In this document: positions 51,575-63,144 of the stretch, piece after piece
Layout of the letters: each line of letters opens with the position of its first letter
Numbering within the stretch: the first letter of the stretch is position 1
NCBI GenBank assembly: GCA_963740355.1
Contig: CAVUDW010000002.1
Coordinates: 864,001-928,000, forward strand
Source: an uncultured Gemmatimonadaceae bacterium
Lineage (GTDB): Bacteria > Gemmatimonadota > Gemmatimonadetes > Gemmatimonadales > Gemmatimonadaceae
Direction of reading: 5' to 3'
Length of the DNA stretch: 64,000 nucleotides
Position numbers and translations under genes: made by a program
Notes under the pieces: model-generated
The model's database searches: none
What the model saw: the letters and a program-made list of their open reading frames with translations, nothing else
What the model was told of the DNA's origin: nothing

Positions 51575-53527
51575 TTGCCGTTGCACGCGCGCTGGCTGTT
51601 GGTTGCTGGCGCGTGTGTTGCCGTTTCGAGTGGCGCGGCACAACGCGCCCCCGCACTGACGGACGGCGAACGCGTCGTCCGTCGCGTCGACTCGCTCTGG
51701 TCCGCTGCTGCGAGCCGACAGACGCGCTCTGACAGTGGATTGCCTGGGCCCCGCTACTGGGTGCAGGGCGCGCGATACGAACTGCGCGCCACGCTCGACC
51801 CGGGCACGCGGACGCTGTTTGGCGAAGGGCTGCTGCGCTATCGCAACCGATCGCCAGACACCCTGCGAACGTTGGCGCTGAGCCTCGCGCAGAATCTCTT
51901 TCGCGCCGGTGCACCTCATGACGAGGCGGTACCCGTCACTGGTGGGATCATCCTCGAGCGGTTCTGCGTCGCGCGTGAGTCGCGCGCACCAGGCGGACGG
52001 TTGTGTGGCGGCGAGAGCACGAGCGCCGTGTCACCGGCGCTCCGAGTCGACAACACCATCGCATGGCTGACGTTGCCAGTGCCCCTGGCCCCTGGTGATT
52101 CCGTCGATGTGCGCGCCAACTGGCGTTTCGTGATTCCGCCGCGCGATGCGCCGCGGATGGGGACGGATGGCAGTGTCACGATGGTCGGATACTGGTATCC
52201 CCAATTCTGCGTCTACGACGACGTGGCCGGGTGGGAGACGGATCCCTACCTCGCCACCGGCGAGTTCTACATGGATCACGCCGACTACGATGTGCAGGTC
52301 ACCGTGCCGGGTGGGTTCCTCGTCGCGGCGACCGGCGTGCTGCAGAACCCGGCCGAGGTATTGTCGCCGTCCGCCCGCGAGCGACTGCAGCATGCGGCGC
52401 GCAGTTTCGCCGCCGTCACCATCGTCAATGACAGCCTGCGTCGCGCGCACGCTGCGACGACACCGGGCACCGTCGCGACCTGGCATTTCGTGGCCAATGA
52501 CGTGCGGGATTTTGCCTTCTACACCTCGCGTGAGGTCGTGTGGGATGCGATGGCGGCCGTCGTGCCGCGCGCCGGTGCACCGGCCGTGTCCGACACCATC
52601 CTGGTGCACGCGTTCTATCGACCGCGCGAAGCGAGTTGGCGGCGCGCCGCAGACTACGGGCGCCAGAGTGTCGAGGCCTTCTCGCATCTGCTCTGGCCCT
52701 ATCCGTGGCCCCAGCTGACGCTGGTGGAGGGCATCGTGGATGGCGGCATGGAGTACCCGATGCTGACGGTGGTGTCGGTGGGCAGCGACGGTCGCGAATT
52801 GCTGTCGACGATAGCCCATGAAACCGGACATATGTGGTACCCGATGCAGGTCGGCAGTGACGAGCGCCGATTTGCATGGATGGATGAAGGCATCGCAAGC
52901 TGGCTGGAACGTGTGCTGCTGCGCGCCAGCTCTGGTCATGATGACGATGAGGAGGCGGTGCCCGATCTCTATCGCACCGTGACGGGCATGCGCGCCGAAC
53001 AACCGATGCTCACGCACGCGGATCACTACAACGGAGCGCTCACCTATACCGCCGCGAGCTACGACAAGCTGGTGGTGGTTTTCCGGGCGTTCAGTGCCGA
53101 GTATGGTGATTCAGCGCTGGTGCAGGGGCTGCGGGCGTACGGTGCCGCATGGACCGGGCGACATCCGTATCCACCGGACTTCTTCCGGATGGTGTTCGCG
53201 CGCGCTGGCGCGGATCGCGATGTATTCGTGCGCGAATGGATGCGGGGGACGGGACACTTCGATGCGCGCATCGACGATGTGGTGCGCCTGCGTGACACGC
53301 TCACCGTGACGATCCGATCGAGTGGCGGTGCACATCTTTCGGTGCCCGTGGTGGTGAGTCGTGATGGTGAGGCGAGTGAACGGGTCGTCATTCCGGCCGC
53401 CGACTTTCGCAGGGATTCGGTGCAGGTGGTCCGGATTGCAGGAGCGCGGTCGGTCCGATCCATCGTGCTCGATCCTGATCACACGAGGCCCGATGTGAAT
53501 ACCGCCAACCAACGCTGGGCACCATGA
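51575..53527 (+). CDS. M1-family zinc metallopeptidase, exported
   Basis: GGMEYP, HETGH...WMDEG (HEXXH-X18-E). Confidence 0.9.
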   Translation: MPLHARWLLVAGACVAVSSGAAQRAPALTDGERVVRRVDSLWSAAASRQTRSDSGLPGPRYWVQGARYELRATLDPGTRTLFGEGLLRYRNRSPDTLRTLALSLAQNLFRAGAPHDEAVPVTGGIILERFCVARESRAPGGRLCGGESTSAVSPALRVDNTIAWLTLPVPLAPGDSVDVRANWRFVIPPRDAPRMGTDGSVTMVGYWYPQFCVYDDVAGWETDPYLATGEFYMDHADYDVQVTVPGGFLVAATGVLQNPAEVLSPSARERLQHAARSFAAVTIVNDSLRRAHAATTPGTVATWHFVANDVRDFAFYTSREVVWDAMAAVVPRAGAPAVSDTILVHAFYRPREASWRRAADYGRQSVEAFSHLLWPYPWPQLTLVEGIVDGGMEYPMLTVVSVGSDGRELLSTIAHETGHMWYPMQVGSDERRFAWMDEGIASWLERVLLRASSGHDDDEEAVPDLYRTVTGMRAEQPMLTHADHYNGALTYTAASYDKLVVVFRAFSAEYGDSALVQGLRAYGAAWTGRHPYPPDFFRMVFARAGADRDVFVREWMRGTGHFDARIDDVVRLRDTLTVTIRSSGGAHLSVPVVVSRDGEASERVVIPAADFRRDSVQVVRIAGARSVRSIVLDPDHTRPDVNTANQRWAP

Positions 53528-54570
53528 GCGCGGGCGCACTGCGATCGCGTACGATCGAGCGCCCGCTGGCGCGCCCTCGGTATCGCGAAGTGGTGGCGGC
53601 AACGCGCGCTGCCGTGCGTGCACTCGTGGCCTGCCTGCTGTGCGTGGCACTCGATCCACAGCGCGCTGTGGCGCAGCCGTCGCCGCCGCGTGCGGGGTGG
53701 CGGCTGGTGTGGCAGGATGAGTTCAACGGCACCGCGATCGACACCACCAAGTGGAGCTTCGACCTCGGCAACGGCTTCACGACCGACAGTGGCGCAACGT
53801 TCGTCAGCGGCTGGGGCAACAACGAGCTGCAGTGCTACACGCGCGATACCGCGAACGCGTTCGTGTCCGCGGGCCGATTGCACATTCGCGCGCTCCGCTC
53901 GACTGGCGAGGGATGTCCATTCACGTCGGCGCGGCTCACGACGCGTGGTGCAAATGGGCGCGCGCTGTTTGCACAGCGATACGGGCGGTTCGAGTTTCGC
54001 GCTCGCCTTCCGCTCGGTCGCGGCCTCTGGCCTGGGCTCTGGATGCTGCCGCAGGACAACGCGTATGGCACGTGGGCGGCATCTGGTGAAATCGATGTCA
54101 TGGAGGCGCGCGGTCAAACACCCTCGACCGTGCTTGGCACGCTGCACTATGGCGCGCGCTATCCGCACAACGCCTTCACCAGCGCGGATTACGTCCTGCC
54201 GCGCGGTGGCAGCATTGCGGACTTCCACCTGTATGCCGTGGAATGGGAGCCGGGCCGGATTCGATGGTCGGTGGATGGCGTGCTGTACCAGACGCAGTCG
54301 TTTTGGTGGAGCAGCAGTGCTGAAGCAGGGCGGCAGGGTGTGCTGCCCACGTCGGAGGCGTCGCTGAATGCGTGGCCGGCGCCGTTCGACAAGCCGTTCT
54401 ACCTGCTGATGAATCTTGCGGTCGGCGGCAACTTCCTCGGGGCGCCGGACGCGACGACGCCATTCCCGGCCGCGATGGAAGTGGATTTCGTGCGGGTCTG
54501 GACGCGCCGGCGCGACGCGACGGATCTGGCTCCGCGTGGGGCAGGGATTCTGCCGTGGCAGCGGAAGTAA
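53524..54570 (+). CDS. Glycoside hydrolase family 16 (beta-1,3-glucanase-like)
   Basis: WQDEF, GWGNNELQ, catalytic EIDVME, PFDKPFYLLMNLAVGG. Confidence 0.92.
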   Translation: MSAGALRSRTIERPLARPRYREVVAATRAAVRALVACLLCVALDPQRAVAQPSPPRAGWRLVWQDEFNGTAIDTTKWSFDLGNGFTTDSGATFVSGWGNNELQCYTRDTANAFVSAGRLHIRALRSTGEGCPFTSARLTTRGANGRALFAQRYGRFEFRARLPLGRGLWPGLWMLPQDNAYGTWAASGEIDVMEARGQTPSTVLGTLHYGARYPHNAFTSADYVLPRGGSIADFHLYAVEWEPGRIRWSVDGVLYQTQSFWWSSSAEAGRQGVLPTSEASLNAWPAPFDKPFYLLMNLAVGGNFLGAPDATTPFPAAMEVDFVRVWTRRRDATDLAPRGAGILPWQRK

Positions 54571-54740
54571 TCGCGGCCCTTTTCGCTGAAAAACCGTAGA
54601 AACTCCGACGAAAGAGTTTTTAAGCGGTTACAGCGTATGTGTTCGAGGCTTGATTCGGGCTTCAGTAACCCAAAGCCAGTGGTGTCAGTGGTTTACGGGC
54701 GATGTCCGGTACATCGAGGGGTGGTGCCGGCCGGCGTAAC

Positions 54741-54784
54741 TGTCAATAAAAGTTGACACTCGAAGTTGACAACAAAGCTTGACA
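54741..54784. promoter_or_regulatory. Tandem PpsR/CrtJ-type operator boxes upstream of pucB
   Basis: TGTCAATAAAAGTTGACA (54741-58, perfect TGT-N12-ACA) and TGACAACAAAGCTTGACA (54767-84), 8 bp apart; the second ends in a TTGACA -35 hexamer. Confidence 0.8.
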
Positions 54785-54936
54785 CCAACGATCCCGGGCG
54801 CAGAATAGGTCTGTGATTCCGAGTTGCAGAAACACGAGCTAAGCGGAGATCACGTAGCACGGTGCATGGCTACTCGAGCCATGGTCCCCCAACGTGCGGG
54901 TCAAGCACGGTTGTTCATTGCTCCAGGAGAATCGTT

Positions 54937-55095
54937 ATGGCTGATAACGATCCAAACCGCGTCTGGCCGTCAGGCCTGACCACGCGGGAAGCTGAGGAGT
55001 TGCACGACGGTTTGAAGCAGGGCACGCGCATCTTCGGTGCGATCGCGATTGTGGCTCACATCCTCGCGTTCATCAATACTCCCTGGCTTCACTAG
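54937..55095 (+). CDS. pucB: Light-harvesting complex 2 beta chain
   Basis: SGLT..EAEELH...GTRIF.......AH......TPWL; His41 BChl ligand, Arg at -10; AGGAG RBS. Confidence 0.95.
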   Translation: MADNDPNRVWPSGLTTREAEELHDGLKQGTRIFGAIAIVAHILAFINTPWLH

Positions 55096-55107
55096 AGGGC
55101 TACACAC

Positions 55108-55341
55108 ATGAACGAAGGAAAAATCTGGACCGTCGTGAAGCCGTCCGTTGGCGTGCCGCTGTTCCTTGGTGGCGTGACGGTGATTGCACTGCTCGTCCAC
55201 GGTGCACTGTTGCTGAAGACTGACTGGTTCGGCGCCTACTGGAACGGTGGCCCGAAGGCTGTGGCAACCGCCACGGTATCGGCACCGGTGCAGACGGCAC
55301 CTGCGGCCGCGACTCCGACTGCGGCGCCAACCACGCCGTAA
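55108..55341 (+). CDS. pucA: Light-harvesting complex 2 alpha chain with Ala/Pro/Thr C-terminal extension
   Basis: [12 protein letters not shown], His31, Trp40, Tyr44-Trp45. Confidence 0.95.
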   Translation: MNEGKIWTVVKPSVGVPLFLGGVTVIALLVHGALLLKTDWFGAYWNGGPKAVATATVSAPVQTAPAAATPTAAPTTP

Positions 55342-55367
55342 TGGCGTTGCTGGTCCGCGAGTCTTGC

Positions 55368-55397
55368 TAGGGGCCGGGATACCAATCCCGGCCCCTA
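55368..55397 (+). terminator. Intercistronic pucA-pucC stem-loop (mRNA stabiliser or partial terminator)
   Basis: Perfect 13-bp stem TAGGGGCCGGGAT/ATCCCGGCCCCTA, loop ACCA, no U-tract. Confidence 0.7.
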
Positions 55398-55466
55398 CGT
55401 CGCTGGCGGCGAGCACAACGCGGGACAAGTTTGGTCCACGCACTTCGCCCCCCATGCCCTGACCCG

Positions 55467-56870
55467 ATGAATCTCAACCGGAAGCTCGTACAGACGTGGG
55501 CCGAACTGGGGCCGCGCTTCCTGCCGTTTGCCGATGTCGCCACCAAGGAGTTGCCGCTCTCGCGCCTCCTCCGCCTGTCGTTGTTTCAGGTGTCGGTCGG
55601 CATGGCGTCGGTGCTCCTCATCGGTACGCTCAATCGCGTCATGATCGTCGAGCTTGGCGTGCCGGCGTCGCTGGTGGCGATCATGATCTCGTTGCCGTTG
55701 ATCGCGGCGCCCTTTCGCGCGCTGATCGGGTTCCGCTCCGACACCCATGTCTCGGCGCTGGGCTGGCGGCGCGTGCCGTACATCTGGAAGGGCACGATGC
55801 TGCAGTTCGGCGGCCTCGCGATCATGCCGTTCGCGCTCCTCGTCGTCTCGGGCGGGAACGGCCTTGGCGCTCCGGACTGGATTGGCCAACTGGGTGCCGG
55901 CCTCGCCTTCCTGCTGGTGGGCGCTGGACTGCACACGGTGCAAACCGTTGGCCTCGCGCTGGCGACGGACCTGGTGGCGGAAGAGCAGCAGCCGAAAATC
56001 GTCGGACTGATGTACGTCATGCTGCTCGTGGGCATGATTGCCAGTGCGATCATCTTTGGCGCCCTGCTCTCGAACTTCACGCCGGCCAAGCTGATTCAGG
56101 TGATTCAGGGCGCTGCCGTGGTCACCATCGCGCTCAACATCATTGCGATGTGGAAGCAGGAGGCGCGCGATCCGAACAAGACGCGCGAAGGGCGCGAGGA
56201 ACCGAGCTTCCGCGAATCATGGGACAACTTCACGCAGGGTGAGGGCGCCATTCGACGGTTGATCGCCGTCGGTGTTGGCACGATGGCGTTCAGCATGCAG
56301 GACGTGTTGCTGGAGCCGTACGGCGGTCAAGTGCTGAACCTGACTGTCGCGTCGACCACGCGCCTGACGGCCACCTTGTCGCTCGGTGGGCTGATCGGTT
56401 TCCTGCTCGCGTCGCGTGTGCTGGGTCGGGGCGGCGATCCATTCAAGATGGCGTCGTACGGCGCGCTGGCGGGAATCCCCGGCTTCTCGTTCGTGATCTT
56501 CGCCGGGCCGCTGCATTCGGCACTAATCTTTTTCGCGGGTACCTTCCTGATCGGCTTCGGCGGCGGTCTGCTCAGCCACGGCACGCTGACGGCGACGATG
56601 AACCACGCGCCGGAGAAGCAGCGCGGGCTGGCGCTGGGCGCCTGGGGGGCCGTGCAGGCGTCGGCAGCGGGCATCGCTGTCGCCTTCGGCGGAATCGCCC
56701 GCGACGTGGTGAACGGCATGAGCGCACGCGACGTGTTCGGGCACGCGCTCTCCGGTCCTGCGACCGGCTATACGCTCGTCTACAGCCTCGAAGTCGTGCT
56801 GCTGGTGGTGACGCTGGCCGCGATGTTCCCGCTGATTCGCCGTCCAGTGACGGAACGCGTCACGGCCTGA
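55467..56870 (+). CDS. pucC: PucC LH2 assembly factor (BCD-family MFS)
   Basis: LPFADVAT.ELPL.RLLRLSLFQ, GTLNRVMIVEL, GWRRVPY, QDVLLEPYGG, ALGAWGAVQA. Confidence 0.93.
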   Translation: MNLNRKLVQTWAELGPRFLPFADVATKELPLSRLLRLSLFQVSVGMASVLLIGTLNRVMIVELGVPASLVAIMISLPLIAAPFRALIGFRSDTHVSALGWRRVPYIWKGTMLQFGGLAIMPFALLVVSGGNGLGAPDWIGQLGAGLAFLLVGAGLHTVQTVGLALATDLVAEEQQPKIVGLMYVMLLVGMIASAIIFGALLSNFTPAKLIQVIQGAAVVTIALNIIAMWKQEARDPNKTREGREEPSFRESWDNFTQGEGAIRRLIAVGVGTMAFSMQDVLLEPYGGQVLNLTVASTTRLTATLSLGGLIGFLLASRVLGRGGDPFKMASYGALAGIPGFSFVIFAGPLHSALIFFAGTFLIGFGGGLLSHGTLTATMNHAPEKQRGLALGAWGAVQASAAGIAVAFGGIARDVVNGMSARDVFGHALSGPATGYTLVYSLEVVLLVVTLAAMFPLIRRPVTERVTA

Positions 56871-56934
56871 CGCCTCGCGCAGCGAAGGCGACTCGCCCGA
56901 GCCGTGATCGACCGCGTGCGCGCAGGGTGCAGGA

Positions 56935-56971
56935 CAAGAATCGGGCGGCCACCAGTGGGTGACCGCCCGAT
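56935..56971 (-). terminator. Terminator hairpin between convergent pucC and gyrB
   Basis: ATCGGGCGG.CACC/GGTG.CCGCCCGAT stem, followed by TCTTGT on the minus strand. Confidence 0.65.
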
Positions 56972-57000
56972 CAGGTTACAGCCGGCTGGCTCGCGTCAGG

Positions 57001-59025
<2,025 letters not shown>

Positions 59026-59266
59026 TCAAAAACCGCGGCACAAGCCAGTGCCGATACAGGCGCATAAGTCGTTGCTGTACAACGCTTTATGGAATGTGTC
59101 CGGCCGAGTAGCCGCGCGGCGGAATTCGATGATGCTGGCGCGACAATGGCTTGATAATTCTGGTCGCTCCGAGCCCGCTGCGTCGCTGGCGGCGTTGCCG
59201 CATGCCGGCCAGCCAGCTGACCGGTAGCGCGGCAGCAGCCGTTTCCGACCCGCGCTGCACCGGCCT

Positions 59267-62104
59267 TTGGGCTCAACTCTCCCGGTCGGTACGCCGACCC
59301 TCACAGGGACAATGGCTCTCCCACCCACGCCCCCGTGGTCGGCGTCCGATGTCGCTCCCATCAGCCCACCCGCGATGGCGTGCGATGCCGACCCCGACCA
59401 GAGCAACGCGTTCGTTCGTCGACTGACCGCAGCGGTTGGAATGGCGGGCGTCGCGGGCGTGGGGATGGCCCTCGCCGCCGGCGCGGCGCCGCTGCCCGAG
59501 GCCGGAGGACGGGTCCTCGCGCTGACGGCCGTCGCGCTCTGCATCGCCGCCGCCGCCGTGCCGGTCGGCCTGCTGATTCAGGATCTCCGCGTGGATGCGG
59601 GCGTTCGGAGCTCGTGGCTGTTGATCGCAATCGGCGTCATGCTGCTGGCGCTGGGCCACCTGGCAGGCATGCAGCGACTCGGATCGGCCAACCCGATGGC
59701 GGCGCCACTCGATCTCGCGTTCCACCCCGTCCTGTTTCTCGCGATCGCAACCCTGCCGTGCGGGATGCGGACGGCGAGTGAGCGGTTCCGGGTCTTGCTC
59801 GACGTCTTCATCACCGCCGGTGCCGCCACGGCGCTGACCGTGGCCCTGCTCGCCGGCGGATTTCACACCGCGGAGGCCGTCGCCCCCGGCGTGCAGCCGA
59901 TCGTGGCCATCGTGGCCGACGCGGTCCTCGTCGCAGCGGTCGCAATGCTCTGGCTGCGCGGCATGGTGTCGACGTGGCGTGATCCGCTCGCACCGCTGGC
60001 GGCCGCGTGTCTCCTGCACCTCGCGCTGCAACTGGCGTCCGGACTGTCGGAGGCGGCGTCGGTGCAGCAGGCGATTCAGGCGTTGGCCCTGCTGCCGTTT
60101 CCACTCATCGGCCTGGCCGCGATTCGCCAGCGCGCGAGACTGCGCACAGGCCAGCTGTTCTGCGGGCGCCCGCGTCGGTTGTCGCTGCTCCCCACGCTGG
60201 CTGCGGCCGCGCTCCTGCTGGTGCTCCTGCTGGGCGTGATGGTGGGACGCGGCATGGGAGCAGGGGTGCTCGTGGCCGCTGCGCTGGTCAGCCTTGGCGC
60301 GCTATTGCGGCAGGTGCTTGGCATTCGCGACGAAATCGGTGCACGCGAACAGAGTGCACTCGAACAGGCGGATCGCCGGCTCGCGGCGCTGGTGCGGCAG
60401 GGCAGCGACATGCTGACGATCCTCGACGCCAACACCGAAGTGCGGTACGCCAGTCCATCGCATCTGCAGGTCATGGGCATTCCACCAGAGATGCTCGTAG
60501 GGCGGCGCATGGCGGACCAGATCCATCGCGATGACTTCCCCGCGGCGGAGCAGGGGTTTGCGCGGCTGCTGAGCGGAGACTCGATGCGCGAGGCACTGGT
60601 GGTGCGACTGCGCGACTCCACCGGAGCATGGCGCTGGGTGGAAGCCGTGGGGACGAATCTCTTCAATGAGCCGACGGTTGGTGGGCTGGTGCTCAACAGT
60701 CGCGACATCACGGATCGCAAGCAGCTCGAGGCACAGCTGATCGAGCAAGCGCTGCGGGATCCGCTGACGGGGCTTGGGAATCGGCGGCTGTTCGCGGATC
60801 GTGTTTCGCACGCCCTCGATCGACGGCTCCGTCGCAGGACGCAGGTCGCGCTGCTGCTGCTCGACCTCGACCACTTCAAGTTCGTGAACGACACGCTCGG
60901 CCACGCCAAGGGGGATGCGTTGCTGGTGGGTGTCTCCGAGCGCTTGCTGGCCGTGCTGCGAACTGGCGACACGGTGGCGCGGCTTGGCGGTGACGAGTTC
61001 GCCGTGCTGCTCGAGGATCTCGCCTGTGACGAGGAGGCCGATGCCACCGCACTGCGCATCCAGCACGCCCTCGAACGGCCGTTCCGCCTCGACGAACGTG
61101 AAGTGTTCGTGCGCGCCAGCATCGGCATTGCCTGGGCGACGGACGGGCAGGATGTCGATTCGTTGCTCACCGACGCTGACGTGGCGATGTATGGCGCAAA
61201 GAATTCCGGGCGCGGTCGCGTGGAGCGTTATTCGAGCGAGATGCGTGCCCGCGTCGCCGAGCGGCTCGATCTCGAGGCCGACCTGCGCTTCGCCCTCGAA
61301 CGTGGTGAGCTCGATCTCGTCTACCAGCCCGTCGTCGACCTGCGCACAGGGTGCGTGAGCGGGGCTGAGGCACTGATCCGGTGGACACATCCGGAACACG
61401 GCATGATCCTGCCAGGCCGCTTCATTCCAGTGGCGGAGGAGTCGGAGCTGATCATCGACATCGGCCGGTTCGTGATCAGGCGCGCGGCCATGGACGCGGC
61501 ACGGTTCCGAGCGGCTTGCCCGATGACGGCACGGTTGCGTGTCGCCGTCAACCTCTCGGCGCGTCACCTGTTGTCGCCGGACCTCGTTGACGACGTCACG
61601 AAGGCGATGGACGCGGCGGGCATCGTCGGCTCGGCGATGGCCGTGGAATTGACAGAGTCGGTGCTGGCGTCGAATGAGCCCGTGGTGGCCGGCCGCCTGC
61701 AGGGCCTGCGCGATCTTGGGCTGCGGATTGCGCTCGACGATTTCGGCACCGGGTACTCATCGCTCGCGTACTTGCGTCGCTTCCCGATCGATGTCCTCAA
61801 GGTGGACCGAAGCTTCGTGTCGTTCGGCCAGAGCGACTCGGCGAACGACGGCGTGACGAAGGCGATCGTGTCGATCGGGCAGAGCCTCGGCATGCGTACC
61901 ATTGCGGAGGGTGTCGAGACGCACGAACAGCTGGAGCGATTGTGGAACATCGGCTGCTCACTCGGGCAGGGCTATCTCTTCTCGCGTCCCGTAGATCGGG
62001 AAACGTTTGCGGCGCTGATGGTGGCCTGGGATCCGAGCGAGTACTGCGCCGACCCGACGCGCGATCGCCGCGAGAATGCGTCGAGCGTGGAAGCGGTGAC
62101 CTGA
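59267..62104 (+). CDS. Membrane-bound PAS-GGDEF-EAL c-di-GMP enzyme
   Basis: Multi-TM N-terminus, PAS (IHRDD...WRW...RDIT), intact GGDEF, EAL and DDFGTGYSS; start uncertain. Confidence 0.92.
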   Translation: MGSTLPVGTPTLTGTMALPPTPPWSASDVAPISPPAMACDADPDQSNAFVRRLTAAVGMAGVAGVGMALAAGAAPLPEAGGRVLALTAVALCIAAAAVPVGLLIQDLRVDAGVRSSWLLIAIGVMLLALGHLAGMQRLGSANPMAAPLDLAFHPVLFLAIATLPCGMRTASERFRVLLDVFITAGAATALTVALLAGGFHTAEAVAPGVQPIVAIVADAVLVAAVAMLWLRGMVSTWRDPLAPLAAACLLHLALQLASGLSEAASVQQAIQALALLPFPLIGLAAIRQRARLRTGQLFCGRPRRLSLLPTLAAAALLLVLLLGVMVGRGMGAGVLVAAALVSLGALLRQVLGIRDEIGAREQSALEQADRRLAALVRQGSDMLTILDANTEVRYASPSHLQVMGIPPEMLVGRRMADQIHRDDFPAAEQGFARLLSGDSMREALVVRLRDSTGAWRWVEAVGTNLFNEPTVGGLVLNSRDITDRKQLEAQLIEQALRDPLTGLGNRRLFADRVSHALDRRLRRRTQVALLLLDLDHFKFVNDTLGHAKGDALLVGVSERLLAVLRTGDTVARLGGDEFAVLLEDLACDEEADATALRIQHALERPFRLDEREVFVRASIGIAWATDGQDVDSLLTDADVAMYGAKNSGRGRVERYSSEMRARVAERLDLEADLRFALERGELDLVYQPVVDLRTGCVSGAEALIRWTHPEHGMILPGRFIPVAEESELIIDIGRFVIRRAAMDAARFRAACPMTARLRVAVNLSARHLLSPDLVDDVTKAMDAAGIVGSAMAVELTESVLASNEPVVAGRLQGLRDLGLRIALDDFGTGYSSLAYLRRFPIDVLKVDRSFVSFGQSDSANDGVTKAIVSIGQSLGMRTIAEGVETHEQLERLWNIGCSLGQGYLFSRPVDRETFAALMVAWDPSEYCADPTRDRRENASSVEAVT

Positions 62105-62120
62105 CGGTCGCCTGTCGGAT

Positions 62121-62615
62121 TCAGCGCGACTGGTCCATCACCAGCGTGAGTTCCATGTAGACGTCGGCAGTCACATAGCCGAAGCCCTCCGGACAGGGCC
62201 GGTCCTCGAACCCGAGGCTACGATAAAGCGTGAGGGCTGGGACGAGTCGCGAGTTCGACGTCAGCACGACCTTGCTGGCACCGTGAGCGCGGGCATAGTC
62301 GATCACGCACACCGCCAGTCGTCGGCCCAACCCGCGACCCTTCGCGTCCGGCGACACACCAACTTTCGCCAGCTCGAACACCTCGGCGTCGAGCCGGATC
62401 GCAGCGGCAGTGCCCAGAACCCGCCCATTCTCGATGGCGAAGAAGATTTCGCCTCCCGGATCGACGATCGTCGCGCGCGGCGCGACCAGATAGGTCTCAT
62501 CCGCGGGTTCCAGAAAACCACCTTCCACGAGCCAAGCACGATTGAGCTGGTCGAAGGCGCCGGCGAGGTCGTCCTGAAATGGGGCGATCCGGAGGGAGTT
62601 GGCGGGTGTCGTCAC
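62121..62615 (-). CDS. GNAT-family acetyltransferase
   Basis: ELAKVGV...KGRGLG, ALTLYRSLGF. Confidence 0.88.
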   Translation of the reverse strand: MTTPANSLRIAPFQDDLAGAFDQLNRAWLVEGGFLEPADETYLVAPRATIVDPGGEIFFAIENGRVLGTAAAIRLDAEVFELAKVGVSPDAKGRGLGRRLAVCVIDYARAHGASKVVLTSNSRLVPALTLYRSLGFEDRPCPEGFGYVTADVYMELTLVMDQSR

Positions 62616-62687
62616 ACGCGCAGAGATAACGCAACGGGCCCGGTCGCGCAGGAAACGCGACCGGGCCCGTGAACGATGCTGTGCTGA

Positions 62688-63044
62688 CTACTTCGCCGGC
62701 GGCAACGTGCCGTCAGGCGTGGCCGCGTCGATGGCCTGCGGCAGCATCGCCGCCAACTTGTCGGCCGCGTGCGCGGGATCGATGCCAAGCTTGGTCGCGA
62801 TGGCCGTCACATGTTCGTTGCCAAGCGCCGCCCGCACCTGGTCGGCCGTGATCGGCAGATTCTTCGTGCCCGCCGCGATCCACGAGTTCACCGTCTCGGC
62901 CATGCCACTGGCGCGGAACTTGTCCACCACGCCCTGCAACCCGCCGTGCTCTGGATCGTTGATCGCTCCCATCGCCTTGTCGACATATCCGTCAGCGGCG
63001 TCGGGGAGGATGTCCTTCAGTGACTTTGCCAGGCCTTCGAGCAT
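62688..63044 (-). CDS. YidB/DUF937 family protein
   Basis: GGLQG...F..SG....VNSWI..G.N.PI.......LG...LPQAID..TPDG. Confidence 0.85.
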   Translation of the reverse strand: MLEGLAKSLKDILPDAADGYVDKAMGAINDPEHGGLQGVVDKFRASGMAETVNSWIAAGTKNLPITADQVRAALGNEHVTAIATKLGIDPAHAADKLAAMLPQAIDAATPDGTLPPAK

Positions 63045-63144
63045 GATGGAATTCCTCGTGAAAGTGGGAGCCGCGGCGGTGCGCACTAGAAAATTCTAAT
63101 CTAGTCGGTGTGGGTTGCAGACGCACACGGGGACTGAACGGTGC

